Below, piece by piece: positions 49,585 to 59,913 of a DNA stretch of 64,000 bases. This DNA comes from Limisphaerales bacterium. Its GTDB lineage: Bacteria; Verrucomicrobiota; Verrucomicrobiia; Limisphaerales; JAJOIW01. A model generated the notes under the pieces. That model saw nothing but the letters and a program-made list of their open reading frames with translations. It was not told the DNA's origin and searched no databases. Position 1 is the first letter of the stretch. Each line of letters begins with the position of its first letter. The stretch spans positions 43,004-107,003 of the forward strand of contig CBFHOE010000011.1 of the NCBI GenBank assembly GCA_965657355.1, in the 5' to 3' direction. The position numbers and the translations under genes are program-made.

Positions 49585-50997
49585 ATGAAATTCATATCCC
49601 TTATTTGTATTATTACACTTCTCTCCTCGGCATCCCTGCAATCAAAAGAAACGGAAAAAGTTAAACCCAATATTGTGCTAGTGTTCATTGATGATATGGG
49701 TTGGGGCGACTTTTCGTGTTTCGGAAACAAAGCTACCAAAACACCGCATATTGATGATCTGGCAAAAAACGGAATCAGATTCGAGCAATTCTATGTTAAC
49801 TCCCCTATTTGCTCTCCATCAAGAACGGCCATTTCAACTGGTCAATACCCTCAACGATGGAAAATCACCTCATACTTATCAGGCCGCAGGCATAACAAAG
49901 AAAGGGGTATGGCCCAATGGTTAGACCCAAAAGCTCCAATGTTAGCTCGATCCCTAAAGGATGCTGGGTATGCAACAGGGCATTTTGGGAAATGGCACAT
50001 GGGAGGACAAAGAGATGTTAATAATGCTCCGCCTATCACTGATTATGGTTTCAATAAGTCACTAACTAATTTTGAAGGTATGGGACCAAAGCTATTGCCA
50101 TTGACCTTAAAACCGGGACAACGAAAGCCCGGAAAAATTTGGGCTAATGCTGAAATTTTAGGCGATGGATATAGATGGATGCAAAGATCAAAAATAACCG
50201 AAGGATTCGTTAATGAGGCCATACCCTTTATGGACAAAGCGCAATCGGAGAAGAAACCATTCTATATAAATTTATGGCCGGATGATGTCCATTCTCCTTT
50301 CTGGCCTCCGGTTAGTAAATGGGGAAACGGAAAGCGAGAACTTTATCTATCCGTTCTCAATGAGATGGACAAGCAATTAGGTAAACTTTTTGATTATATC
50401 AACAGTGATGTAGATTTGAGAAATAATACTATAATTTTGATATGCTCTGATAATGGACCCGAAAAGGGTGCCGGTGTCGCAGGACCGTTTAAAGGGTATA
50501 AAACACATCTTTATGAAGGCGGTATTCGGTCATCCCTAATAGCTTGGGGTCCCGGCATACTGAAAAAAATGAACTATGTTAATCGGACTTCAGTTTTTTC
50601 AGCTATTGACCTTGTCCCTAGTATTTTGAGCCTCGCTGGAGTGCCCAAGAATCATAATCATTCTTTCGATGGTGAATCTCTTCATGAAGTCTTGTTAGGC
50701 AAGTCAAACCAATCGAGATCGAAACCAATATTTTTTCGACGACCTCCAGATAGGGACTCATTCTATGGGGTCAAGAACTTACCAGATTTAGCCATGCGGT
50801 TTGGCAAATGGAAATTCTTATGCGAATACGACGGTTCTAACCCGGAACTCTATGACATGACTACGGATGTGGCAGAATCCACCAACGTTGCAAATGATCA
50901 TGCAGAAATCGTGGAAAACTTCCAGGCTGAACTCGTCAAATGGCATCAATCTATGCCGCAGGACAATGGAGCTAAACTCGCTTCCAAGAAAAAATAG
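49585..50997 (+). CDS. Secreted formylglycine-dependent (S1) sulfatase
   Basis: KPNIVLVFIDDMGWGD, CSPSR (CxPxR) TAISTG, GKWHMG, SDNG, YEGGIR; signal peptide. Confidence 0.95.
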   Translation: MKFISLICIITLLSSASLQSKETEKVKPNIVLVFIDDMGWGDFSCFGNKATKTPHIDDLAKNGIRFEQFYVNSPICSPSRTAISTGQYPQRWKITSYLSGRRHNKERGMAQWLDPKAPMLARSLKDAGYATGHFGKWHMGGQRDVNNAPPITDYGFNKSLTNFEGMGPKLLPLTLKPGQRKPGKIWANAEILGDGYRWMQRSKITEGFVNEAIPFMDKAQSEKKPFYINLWPDDVHSPFWPPVSKWGNGKRELYLSVLNEMDKQLGKLFDYINSDVDLRNNTIILICSDNGPEKGAGVAGPFKGYKTHLYEGGIRSSLIAWGPGILKKMNYVNRTSVFSAIDLVPSILSLAGVPKNHNHSFDGESLHEVLLGKSNQSRSKPIFFRRPPDRDSFYGVKNLPDLAMRFGKWKFLCEYDGSNPELYDMTTDVAESTNVANDHAEIVENFQAELVKWHQSMPQDNGAKLASKKK

Positions 50998-51042
50998 ACA
51001 ACGTTTTGAATATCGCCAGTATAATGAATCAGTAAATTTTTT

Positions 51043-51963
51043 CTACAGTACCGAAGGATTAATGGCGGAATATGCCGCACCGTAGGACCCTGCATCTGGC
51101 CCGAGACTTGCTTTCACAATTGGAACGGAATGATTGGCAGGCCTCCACTCAAATTTGTTAATCCAAGGCTGAAGTTCTGAGACTAGGGTCTCATTGGATC
51201 TAACAATCCCACCACCCAAAATAAAAACCTCGGGATCTATTATGTTGATTATAGAAACAACATTCGCCGCCAACGACGTCAGCATATTTTCCCAGATGAG
51301 CTGAGCAGCTGGATCACCTGACTTAAGCCCCACACTGAGACTATGAAAATCTGAAAACCTATTATATGACCTTTCATAGAGGGTTGCCTGTCCAACGGCA
51401 TCTTCAATACTTCCCGGGGTATTACAAATATCCTGTTTCCCTCGATAGTCTATCGAAACATGACCAAGGTGTCCCGCTCTTCCTATCTGACCTTTTAGCA
51501 AACGACCATCGGAAAAGATAGCACCGCCAACGCCAGTTCCTATGGACATCATGACAGCATTTTTAGACCCCACCGCCGCACCTTTCCATATCTCTGCCAG
51601 GAGAGCGGCTTGGCCATCATTGACAACCTTGACGTCAATACCCAAATCAAAAAACCCAGACCATTGAAGCTTTTCAAGACCATGCAACCTGCCTGGCATG
51701 AACTCGATAAATTGATTATTTTTATCTGGTAAGCCGGGAGCGGCCAAACCTATTTTCTGCAAATAATAATTCTGATGCTTTTTTATGCCGTAAACCTCGT
51801 CGCGAATAGTCCGTGCAAATTCCGGTTCCGCTTCGGCATCTCCACAATCCATGGTTAACTTTTTCCATGATTTTAAGAGCTCCATAGATGGTAAAGAGAA
51901 TAAAGAAAACTTAATTTCTGTTCCTCCAAGATCTATGCCTAAAACAACATCGGCCGGTTTCAT
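51043..51963 (-). CDS. ROK family sugar kinase
   Basis: GIDLGGT, NDGQAALLAE, IGTGVGG, AGHLGH, GGGI; ATG at 51963 preferred because 52038 overlaps the SDR gene. Confidence 0.88.
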   Translation of the reverse strand: MKPADVVLGIDLGGTEIKFSLFSLPSMELLKSWKKLTMDCGDAEAEPEFARTIRDEVYGIKKHQNYYLQKIGLAAPGLPDKNNQFIEFMPGRLHGLEKLQWSGFFDLGIDVKVVNDGQAALLAEIWKGAAVGSKNAVMMSIGTGVGGAIFSDGRLLKGQIGRAGHLGHVSIDYRGKQDICNTPGSIEDAVGQATLYERSYNRFSDFHSLSVGLKSGDPAAQLIWENMLTSLAANVVSIINIIDPEVFILGGGIVRSNETLVSELQPWINKFEWRPANHSVPIVKASLGPDAGSYGAAYSAINPSVL

Positions 51964-51985
51964 TTTTTTCAAATCTGTAATTTCA

Positions 51986-52780
51986 TTAAATACCAGGAAT
52001 CTGCCCTTCACTAACCGACCAACCACCGTCGACCCCAATTACCTGACCTGTGATAAACCGAGCCTCATCGGACAAAAGCAGTTCAACAGTGCCATCAAGG
52101 TCACTCGGCACGCCAATTCGACCACCCTCTAAAGGTTGCTTAGAGGATATAAACTTTTGAATCTCTTGATTTTTTGATGCCCTTTCTGACATAGGAGTCT
52201 CAATAAGTGCCGGAGCGATAACATTTGCTCTGATATTTTCTGATGCATAATACGAAGCAATAGATTTAGTAAAGCCTATTACTGCCGATTTTGTTGCGGC
52301 GTAAGCATGCGTACTAAAAAATTTGGGACTTGGTGAAAACCCTAAAACGGAACCAGTATTTAAAATGACTCCACCAGAATTTTGTTTCAAGAATGTTTGA
52401 ACCGCCGCTCTATTTGAATAGACGAAAGATTTGAGATTGAGGGAGAGAGTAAATTCTAAACCTTCGTCGGTTATTTCATGAAGAGGGCCATCACCTTGCC
52501 TTCTGCCACTTCCGCCTGCTACATGATAAAGGCCGTGAAGCTGTCTATTTTGGGCTTTCAACTGTTGTATACCGCAAGTAACCACAGATGAGTCGGACGC
52601 ATCACCGCAAAATATTTCGGTATCTCCCCCAAGTTTTTCTTGTGCAGATCTTAGATTCTCCTCGTTTCGGCCAATAATTAGAACATGCGCCCCATTAGAA
52701 ACGAGTCTTTGTGCCCCACTGAATCCAATACCAGTAGATCCTCCCACGATTATTATATTTTTTCCCTTGTAGCTAGCCAT
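51986..52780 (-). CDS. Short-chain dehydrogenase/reductase
   Basis: VGGSTGIG, NTGS, YAATK, N.IAP, FITGQVIGVDGGW. Confidence 0.92.
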   Translation of the reverse strand: MASYKGKNIIIVGGSTGIGFSGAQRLVSNGAHVLIIGRNEENLRSAQEKLGGDTEIFCGDASDSSVVTCGIQQLKAQNRQLHGLYHVAGGSGRRQGDGPLHEITDEGLEFTLSLNLKSFVYSNRAAVQTFLKQNSGGVILNTGSVLGFSPSPKFFSTHAYAATKSAVIGFTKSIASYYASENIRANVIAPALIETPMSERASKNQEIQKFISSKQPLEGGRIGVPSDLDGTVELLLSDEARFITGQVIGVDGGWSVSEGQIPGI

Positions 52781-52896
52781 CGGAATGATCGTATTATTTC
52801 ACAACTTTCCCGGGTTCTAAAGTCATTCAGTAGACAAACGTTAAAAGAAAAATCTGATAGATTGGAAAACCAACGCTGTTCCGATATGTTTATGGC

Positions 52897-53340
52897 ATGG
52901 ATGAGCATATGCAAAAAATCTTTGATGACGGTATCTTTGCATTCAGTCAAAATGATTATGAAGATGCGATTAGTAATTTTGAAAAGATTCTAGCTTCCGA
53001 GCCCAACCACTTTGATGCCCTCCAAAGCCTTGGAATGGCGTATTACAGGATGGAAAATTACCCAAAAGCCATAGAAATAGGACATTTGGCTGAAAAACAA
53101 AAACCCGACGAACAATCAGTTCATACCAACCTGTCTCTTTTCTACATGAAAAATGGAGAAAAATTAAAGGCAGAACACCATGGCCTACAAGCACGCATCG
53201 CAGCTTGGAAAAAACCAGACAGTGAAAAAAATACGGATACTTCAGATTCCTCTGAAGAACTAAAAATGGCAGAAACTAAACCAGAAAATATTGTCATTCC
53301 AAAAAAATTTCCAGATATGCCCTGGAAAAATGACGATTGA
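52897..53340 (+). CDS. Small TPR protein
   Basis: YEDAI..FEKIL..EPNHFDALQSLGMAYYR; HTNLSLFYMK.G. Confidence 0.8.
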   Translation: MDEHMQKIFDDGIFAFSQNDYEDAISNFEKILASEPNHFDALQSLGMAYYRMENYPKAIEIGHLAEKQKPDEQSVHTNLSLFYMKNGEKLKAEHHGLQARIAAWKKPDSEKNTDTSDSSEELKMAETKPENIVIPKKFPDMPWKNDD

Positions 53341-53429
53341 GACAATCGTGCTCACGGCTTGTGAGAAGGTTGGGAATAAGTTTGGCTCGCCTTGCTTGTG
53401 AGTCATCCAATTTTTGAGTAATTTATCGA

Positions 53430-56400
53430 TTGAGAATGGGAAAACCAGAGTTCGCACATTTACATCTTCACACTGAATTTTCTTTGCTTGATGCCGCATG
53501 CAGATTGGGAAAATTAATGGATCGAGCATCAAATCTCGGTTTCGGCTCCATTGCGATGACCGACCATGGAAATATGCATGGGGCGATTGATTTTTATCAA
53601 GCTGCGAGAAGGAATGATTTAAAACCAATCATAGGATGCGAAGTTTATGTGGCTCCAGGAAGCCGGTTAGAAAAGAGAAGTTCTAAAGGGGGTAAAGCCG
53701 TTTATAACCACCTCGTCTTACTCGCCAAAAACAATACGGGGTATCAAAACTTAGTCAAACTCGTGACTTACGGATTTCTTGATGGTTATTACTACAAACC
53801 ACGAATTGACAAAGAAATCCTTGCTGAACACTCCGAGGGTCTCATCGCTTTGTCCGGATGCTTAGCTAGTGAAATTCCGACCCACATAATTAGAGAAAAC
53901 CCAGAAAAAGCCAAAGACACTATTGACTGGTTCAAACAAACTTTTGGACGAGAAAATTTCTACCTTGAACTTCAAAACCATGGGATTAGAGAACAGCAAA
54001 TAGTCAACAAACACCTCATTCCTTGGGCCAAGGACTTTGGTCTCAAAACAGTTGCAACTAATGATGTTCATTATGTCGAGAAACAGCATTCCCAGGCACA
54101 TGATGCTCTTATTTGTATTGGCTCTCAGAGCCTATTGTCTGATGAAAAGAGGATGCGCTATGTAGAAGATCAATTCTACCTTCGAAGCCCGGAGGAAATG
54201 CTGAATCTGTTTCAAGAAATTCCAGAGTCAGTATCAAACACTTTAGAGGTCGCGGAAAAATGCAACCTGACAATAGAACTCGATAAACTTCATTACCCGG
54301 TCTATGAACCGCCTTCCGGCAAGACAAGAGAGTTTTATTTAAGAGAACTGTTAGCTGATGGTCTCGAAAAGAGATACAAACTCAAAGCACATGCAACATC
54401 TGAGTGGTTTGAATATACTGGTATCGAAGATGCCAAAATCTTACCCAAGTTTGAACTTCCCGAAGAAGCAGATGAAAGTCAGCCATTCAATGACCTCCAT
54501 CATTCCGCGACCCAAAAAGCACTTAAAATCCTGGATGACAGACTTAAAAAAGAGCTGGGTATTATAGAGGAAATGGGGTTCGTCAGTTACTTCCTAATCG
54601 TCGGTGATTTCGTCCAGTATGGAAGAAAAAATGGTATTTCTTGCGTCGCAAGAGGCTCCGCTGCGGGTTCCCTTGTAACCTATTTGCTAGAAATTTCCAA
54701 TGTCGACCCAATTCACTATAACTTACTTTTTGAAAGATTTTTAAACCCTGAAAGAGTCAATCCTCCGGACATCGATATTGATTTTGCTGATGACAGAAGA
54801 CAGGACGTCATAGAATACACCCGACAAAAATATGGCGAAGACTCAGTGGCCCAAATAATTACTTTTGGAACCATGGGGGCAAAGTCAGTCATAAGGGATG
54901 TTGGCCGAGTTATGGGCCTAGGTTATCAAGACGTTGATAGGCTTGCCAAAATGGTGCCAAATGAATTAAAGATGTCCCTCGACAAGGCCCTCGACCAGTC
55001 TCCGGATTTAAAATCAGCCTACGATAATGAGCAAGCAACGAGAGAGCTCATAGATACAGCTAAAGTACTAGAAGATTGCACCAGAAACACATCCGTCCAC
55101 GCAGCTGCTGTAGTTATTGGGGACCAGCCATTGGTCAATGTTCTCCCGCTTAAGAAAGATGAGGATGGAACTATCGTAACTCAGTATCCCATGAATCCCG
55201 TGGGAGACTTGGGGCTTTTAAAAATGGATTTCTTAGGACTCAAAACCCTCACGGTTATAAGAAATTCATGCGAGATGATCCAAAAGGTTAGAGGCAAAAC
55301 CATCGATGTCGAGGAGCTTCACCTTGATGACAAACCAGCATACGACCTTCTCAACAAAGGAAATACCGTTGGTGTATTTCAATTGGAATCGAGCGGAATG
55401 CGTGATCTTTGTCGAAAATTCAAAATTAATTCCATAGAACATATCACGGCTTTAATTTCACTTTATCGTCCTGGCCCTATGGATTTGATCCCAGACTTCA
55501 TCAAACGAAGGCATGGAGATATTGAAGTCACGTATCCTCACGAAAAACTGAGACCTGTTTGTGAAGAAACATACGGCATCATGATCTATCAGGAACAGGT
55601 CATGCAGGCAGTTCAGGTCCTTGCTGGTTATTCACTCGGCGGTGCAGATCTTCTTCGTAGAGCGATGGGGAAGAAAAAAGTCGAGGAAATGAAAAAGCAC
55701 CGAGCGAAATTCGTTAAAGGGTGCAAAGAATTAAATAGTATACCCGAGAAGACTGCCAACGAAATATTTGACCTCCTTGAGAAATTTGCTGGATATGGAT
55801 TTAATAAATCTCACGCAGCTGCCTATGCTTATGTGGCCTACCAAACCGCTTATCTCAAAGCCAACTTTCCTGTAGAATTTCTATCGGCAATGATGACGAA
55901 CGATATGAATGATACGAGCAAATTGACCATCCTCATAAATGAGGCGAAGCTTTACGATATCGAAGTCCTGCCACCAGATGTGAACGAAAGCCAAATGCAT
56001 TTTGCGCCAGCACGAAACGGTTCAGTTATTCGATTTGGGTTGGCAGCAATCAAGGGACTCGGAGAAGGCCCTGTGCAAGCCATTCTTGAAGCCCGGAAAA
56101 CAAATGGAAATTTCTCGGGAATCTTTGAATTGTGTGAATCTGTGGATGGTCGTGCAATGAATAGAAAAGTCCTGGAATCTCTCATTAAATCAGGATCATG
56201 CGATTGTTTTGGGGAAACCAGAGCCACAATGCATTCCTTAATTGATTTGTCCCTTGGGAGAGCATCAGCTATTCACCAAGACGAGGCGAGAGGACAAGGA
56301 TCCTTATTCGATATGTTGGACGAACCAGACGAAGTCAACTTGCCCCATTACGAAACCTTACCCGAATGGCCTACAAAATTAATGCTCCAAGAGGAGAAGG

Positions 56401-57089
56401 AGCTTATGGGGTTTTATGTTAGTGGCCATCCATTTGATAACTTCGAGGAAACAGCAGAACAATTCAGAATCCATTCAATAAAAGACATCAGCGTAATGGA
56501 GCCAAAATCAATGACACGCACGTGTGGGATGATTTCGAGTGTCATGAAGGGAATCTCAAAAAAATCAGGAAAACCGTACGCCATGATTCATATGGAGGAT
56601 AAAGAAGAGTCTTGCTCCATTTTATTAGTTAATGAAAATTATGAAAAATTTATCTCATTAGCTGTAGAGGGGGACGTCATTTTTGTTGAAGGAGAAGTCA
56701 ATAACGAAGACGACAAACCTAAAATTTTTCCCACTAACTTAATAGCCCATGCTCAAGCCAATCAAAAATGGTCAAAAGGCATTGTTGTACGGATCAGATG
56801 TTCTTCTTTAACTTCAGAGAACCTAGAGGAAATAAAAACGACATCATTAGCTCACAGAGGTCATTGTGAGCTGATTATCATGATTCAAAATCCAGATGGA
56901 TCATCGGTTTATATTGAAACACACGACAAATTCAAAGTCTCCTCTGACCCCGAATTCCAGGAATCTATTAATGCATTGCTGGGTTATCAGGCCTGCTACG
57001 TCAAGGCTGACAAATCATTGCCTGTGCAGGAAAAAAGAAGATGGGAATCCAAAAATAAAGAATCCAAATCACACGTTAATGCTGCATGA
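53430..57089 (+). CDS. dnaE: DNA polymerase III alpha subunit
   Basis: PHP domain HLHLHTEFSLLD; RGSAAGSLV; FERFLNPER..PPDIDIDF; KMDFLGL; YGFNKSHAAAY; OB domain. The start may be the ATG at 53436. Confidence 0.98.
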   Translation: MRMGKPEFAHLHLHTEFSLLDAACRLGKLMDRASNLGFGSIAMTDHGNMHGAIDFYQAARRNDLKPIIGCEVYVAPGSRLEKRSSKGGKAVYNHLVLLAKNNTGYQNLVKLVTYGFLDGYYYKPRIDKEILAEHSEGLIALSGCLASEIPTHIIRENPEKAKDTIDWFKQTFGRENFYLELQNHGIREQQIVNKHLIPWAKDFGLKTVATNDVHYVEKQHSQAHDALICIGSQSLLSDEKRMRYVEDQFYLRSPEEMLNLFQEIPESVSNTLEVAEKCNLTIELDKLHYPVYEPPSGKTREFYLRELLADGLEKRYKLKAHATSEWFEYTGIEDAKILPKFELPEEADESQPFNDLHHSATQKALKILDDRLKKELGIIEEMGFVSYFLIVGDFVQYGRKNGISCVARGSAAGSLVTYLLEISNVDPIHYNLLFERFLNPERVNPPDIDIDFADDRRQDVIEYTRQKYGEDSVAQIITFGTMGAKSVIRDVGRVMGLGYQDVDRLAKMVPNELKMSLDKALDQSPDLKSAYDNEQATRELIDTAKVLEDCTRNTSVHAAAVVIGDQPLVNVLPLKKDEDGTIVTQYPMNPVGDLGLLKMDFLGLKTLTVIRNSCEMIQKVRGKTIDVEELHLDDKPAYDLLNKGNTVGVFQLESSGMRDLCRKFKINSIEHITALISLYRPGPMDLIPDFIKRRHGDIEVTYPHEKLRPVCEETYGIMIYQEQVMQAVQVLAGYSLGGADLLRRAMGKKKVEEMKKHRAKFVKGCKELNSIPEKTANEIFDLLEKFAGYGFNKSHAAAYAYVAYQTAYLKANFPVEFLSAMMTNDMNDTSKLTILINEAKLYDIEVLPPDVNESQMHFAPARNGSVIRFGLAAIKGLGEGPVQAILEARKTNGNFSGIFELCESVDGRAMNRKVLESLIKSGSCDCFGETRATMHSLIDLSLGRASAIHQDEARGQGSLFDMLDEPDEVNLPHYETLPEWPTKLMLQEEKELMGFYVSGHPFDNFEETAEQFRIHSIKDISVMEPKSMTRTCGMISSVMKGISKKSGKPYAMIHMEDKEESCSILLVNENYEKFISLAVEGDVIFVEGEVNNEDDKPKIFPTNLIAHAQANQKWSKGIVVRIRCSSLTSENLEEIKTTSLAHRGHCELIIMIQNPDGSSVYIETHDKFKVSSDPEFQESINALLGYQACYVKADKSLPVQEKRRWESKNKESKSHVNAA

Positions 57090-57174
57090 CTCGGGTTTTT
57101 ATTGCTAAAAACTGACTGTTTGTTGGATTTTTATTAAAACAAGTAAAGATCAAGAACTTGCGCCGCTACTTACG

Positions 57175-58032
57175 ATGTCTAAAAAACAAAACCGAAAGGG
57201 ATCAGTGAAAGGAAAGAGTCAAACTTCCAAAAACCAAAAGTCAAACCAGAATACGTTTATGACTTTTGGTGCTTTACTGGCATTAATTTTTGTCGGATTG
57301 GTCATATCCTCACAACTTGATAACGAGAAAAAAACAGGGACGGAACTCAGCAACAATGAGACAAACAATGGAAGTATTCAGTCCAGTGGTCAAGATTCCT
57401 CAAATTCACTTGCGCAAGAAACCATTTCCGATTCGGCCGATGGCCCAGTCGAATACTCCGAAGAAATGGTGCCAGATATGATCAACGAAGGATCAAAACT
57501 GATTAAACAAGGAAAAATACCAGAAGCATTGGAAATTCTCGAAGCAGCAGTAAATTTTGAAACAGATTGGGAAGATGCTTATTACTACTTTGCAAGAGCG
57601 CTTCAAGAATCAGGAGATAAGAACAAAGCTGTATCTATGTATAAAAAGGCCGTGGAATTGTGGCCAGAATACTCCGAAGCCCTGAATAATCTGGGCAACT
57701 TGCTTGTAAATTTGAAGAGATACGATGAAGCCATTCCTTACTTCCAAAAAGCCATAGAATCATATCCGGAAAAGTATCCATTGGGATATACCAATATGGG
57801 TAAGGCATACGCTTTGAAAGGAGAAATCGATAAAGCAGTCGCACAATTTACAAAAGCTCTGCAATTGGAGCCAAGCAACTACAACGCACGAATCAACCTA
57901 GGAACAGCTCTGATGCAGCAAAACAGAGTGCAAGAGGCCGCAGCAGAATTTCAGTATATTTTGAAAATGAGACCAAATGATCCTATCGCTCTAGACCGCC
58001 TCAGTCGAATCTCACAGAAAAGTCTTAGATAA
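57175..58032 (+). CDS. Membrane-anchored TPR protein
   Basis: Basic N-terminus, one TM helix, Ser/Asn linker, about five canonical TPRs (ALNNLGNLL, YTNMGKAY, RINLGTAL). Confidence 0.88.
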   Translation: MSKKQNRKGSVKGKSQTSKNQKSNQNTFMTFGALLALIFVGLVISSQLDNEKKTGTELSNNETNNGSIQSSGQDSSNSLAQETISDSADGPVEYSEEMVPDMINEGSKLIKQGKIPEALEILEAAVNFETDWEDAYYYFARALQESGDKNKAVSMYKKAVELWPEYSEALNNLGNLLVNLKRYDEAIPYFQKAIESYPEKYPLGYTNMGKAYALKGEIDKAVAQFTKALQLEPSNYNARINLGTALMQQNRVQEAAAEFQYILKMRPNDPIALDRLSRISQKSLR

Positions 58033-58043
58033 TTTTACATTTT

Positions 58044-58628
58044 TTACTCTGCCGATGATTTTTGACTCAACCCACTCAACCTTTCAGGTTTTGTCATTAC
58101 CGCAAAAGATGGTTTTTTTAAGATCATAAAATACAAGGCAGTGGTGATCATAGCCCCCATTGCAAAGCCTGCCATGATGTCCGTTGGATAATGCACGCCT
58201 AAATATAGTCTTCCCAAGTCAATCCATATTATTCCCAATCCGGTTGCAACCCAAAGCGGTATTTTCCATTGTGGTTGCTTCCTACTCCAGTAAATTGCAA
58301 GAAGAGGAAGGAAAAGAGAGGCAGCTACGGCGTGCCCACTTGGCATAGAGCCTGGATCAATATGAATAATGTGTTCCCATAAGTCGGGTCGCTCACGCCC
58401 AAAAAGTTTTTTAAGACCCTTGATAAAAATTAAAATTGAAACTCCAGTGATTGGCCAGAAAATAGCCCAAGCTCGCTCACGATTTGCTAAATGTCTCCAA
58501 ACCCCAATGATAATAAAAATGGCAATCCTTTCCCCACGCCCTACCCAATTTGAGAATTTGAAAAATTCATCCCAAAAAGGGTGATGCCAATGCTGAATGC
58601 TTTCAAGTATTTTAACCTCCCATTCCAT
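58044..58628 (-). CDS. PAP2 family membrane phosphatase
   Basis: K..FGRERP, SMPSGHA, RLYLGVHYPTD. Confidence 0.92.
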   Translation of the reverse strand: MEWEVKILESIQHWHHPFWDEFFKFSNWVGRGERIAIFIIIGVWRHLANRERAWAIFWPITGVSILIFIKGLKKLFGRERPDLWEHIIHIDPGSMPSGHAVAASLFLPLLAIYWSRKQPQWKIPLWVATGLGIIWIDLGRLYLGVHYPTDIMAGFAMGAMITTALYFMILKKPSFAVMTKPERLSGLSQKSSAE

Positions 58629-58712
58629 CTACCACACATTGGGAAGGAATCATTTATTTAGGTCAATACCATTCTTTAAAGCCAACCCGGCTTAGGACGT
58701 TTTTATTTGGTC

Positions 58713-59891
58713 CTATTCAGTAATAATTAATTCATATTTAAATTCTTGAATGTATTTCCATACAATGGAATCCATGAACTCGTACGCTTTCCTATCCCCT
58801 GAATTACATGCTGCGACAATAGCAAAATCTATTTTCGGTGCTATCCACATCACTGAATAGAACATGGTATTTGAACCAGTATGCATAAATACATTACCCT
58901 TTCCCCAATCCCTGTTTACTATAAAAAAGCCCTTCGCATAGTTGTGGTTTGGGAGATCAGCTTTTAATAAAAATTTAATTTCGTTCGAGGTGAGATTAAT
59001 TCCCTCGTGCCCGGAGAGAAAAAGCCTCGCGAACTTAGCGAAATCTTTAATCGAGCAGTGAACTCTCCCTGCTGGTGTTATCGCAACTGGATTATCTCCC
59101 ATCGGGTGAGGGTCAACAGAAAGAAGTTGTGAATTCTTTTCCAAATGTCCATAGGGGTGATCAATTTTCCCTCGAGTCGCTGGGGGTCCAAACCCAGCAG
59201 AATGCATTTCTAAAGGCTTAAATAATTTCTCGACAATCAATTCTTCAAAGGCAATACCTGCCGATTTCTCCATCATATGACCTGCAATTGCAAATCCTGC
59301 ATTAGAATACTCATAGGAAGTCCCGGGCTTAAAACAAGGCTGCATTTTCAAAATACCGACAGCAAGATTTCTGCGTTGTCTTATCGGGTCGGGCTCCATG
59401 CTCCATAACTTTGACCACAAACTGGCAGGAACTTTTTTGGGACAACCAGCTGTATTCCCTAATAAATTTAGTAGCGTTGCATTGTGATACCCTGAATGAA
59501 TATCAATGTCTTCAAAAACATCCACAACTTTGGTATCCCACTTAAGAAGTCCTTCCTTGACTAATATAGCTCCAAGGACAGCTGTCATTGATTTAGTACA
59601 TGAACCAAGGTGAAATTTATCGTCTAACTCTACCTTCTCGGTATTACCAATCTTACGCATTCCCGCTGCACCAATAGAAGAAATACCGCCTGGATTTATG
59701 GTGGCAATAGAAATGGCAGGACAAATGTTCTCCTTGCCACTCAATAGCAAAGATAGTTCCTCGGAAATGGTCTCAAAAGGTTCCTCTAATCCAGCACCGG
59801 ATAATGGGAAGAAAAAGAGACAGTGGACAATTGAGAGAAAAGCCAGCCTGATACTTAAAGGAAATCTCAGGCTAAACGCATTTCTTATCAT
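58713..59891 (-). CDS. Serine hydrolase, beta-lactamase class C-like family
   Basis: GSCTKSMT (SxxK), YEYSNAG (YxN), HTGSNT; signal peptide. Confidence 0.88.
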   Translation of the reverse strand: MIRNAFSLRFPLSIRLAFLSIVHCLFFFPLSGAGLEEPFETISEELSLLLSGKENICPAISIATINPGGISSIGAAGMRKIGNTEKVELDDKFHLGSCTKSMTAVLGAILVKEGLLKWDTKVVDVFEDIDIHSGYHNATLLNLLGNTAGCPKKVPASLWSKLWSMEPDPIRQRRNLAVGILKMQPCFKPGTSYEYSNAGFAIAGHMMEKSAGIAFEELIVEKLFKPLEMHSAGFGPPATRGKIDHPYGHLEKNSQLLSVDPHPMGDNPVAITPAGRVHCSIKDFAKFARLFLSGHEGINLTSNEIKFLLKADLPNHNYAKGFFIVNRDWGKGNVFMHTGSNTMFYSVMWIAPKIDFAIVAACNSGDRKAYEFMDSIVWKYIQEFKYELIITE

Positions 59892-59913
59892 CTAAATTAA
59901 AAATATAAGTGCA

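Noticed and set aside
53430..57089. Intein in dnaE
   Set aside because: The length (1219 aa) is near normal; no Cys/Ser...His-Asn splice motifs or homing endonuclease motifs seen
58713..59891. Antibiotic-resistance beta-lactamase
   Set aside because: SxxK/YxN/HTG motifs are shared by many esterases and peptidases of this fold; no mobile context; resistance cannot be inferred
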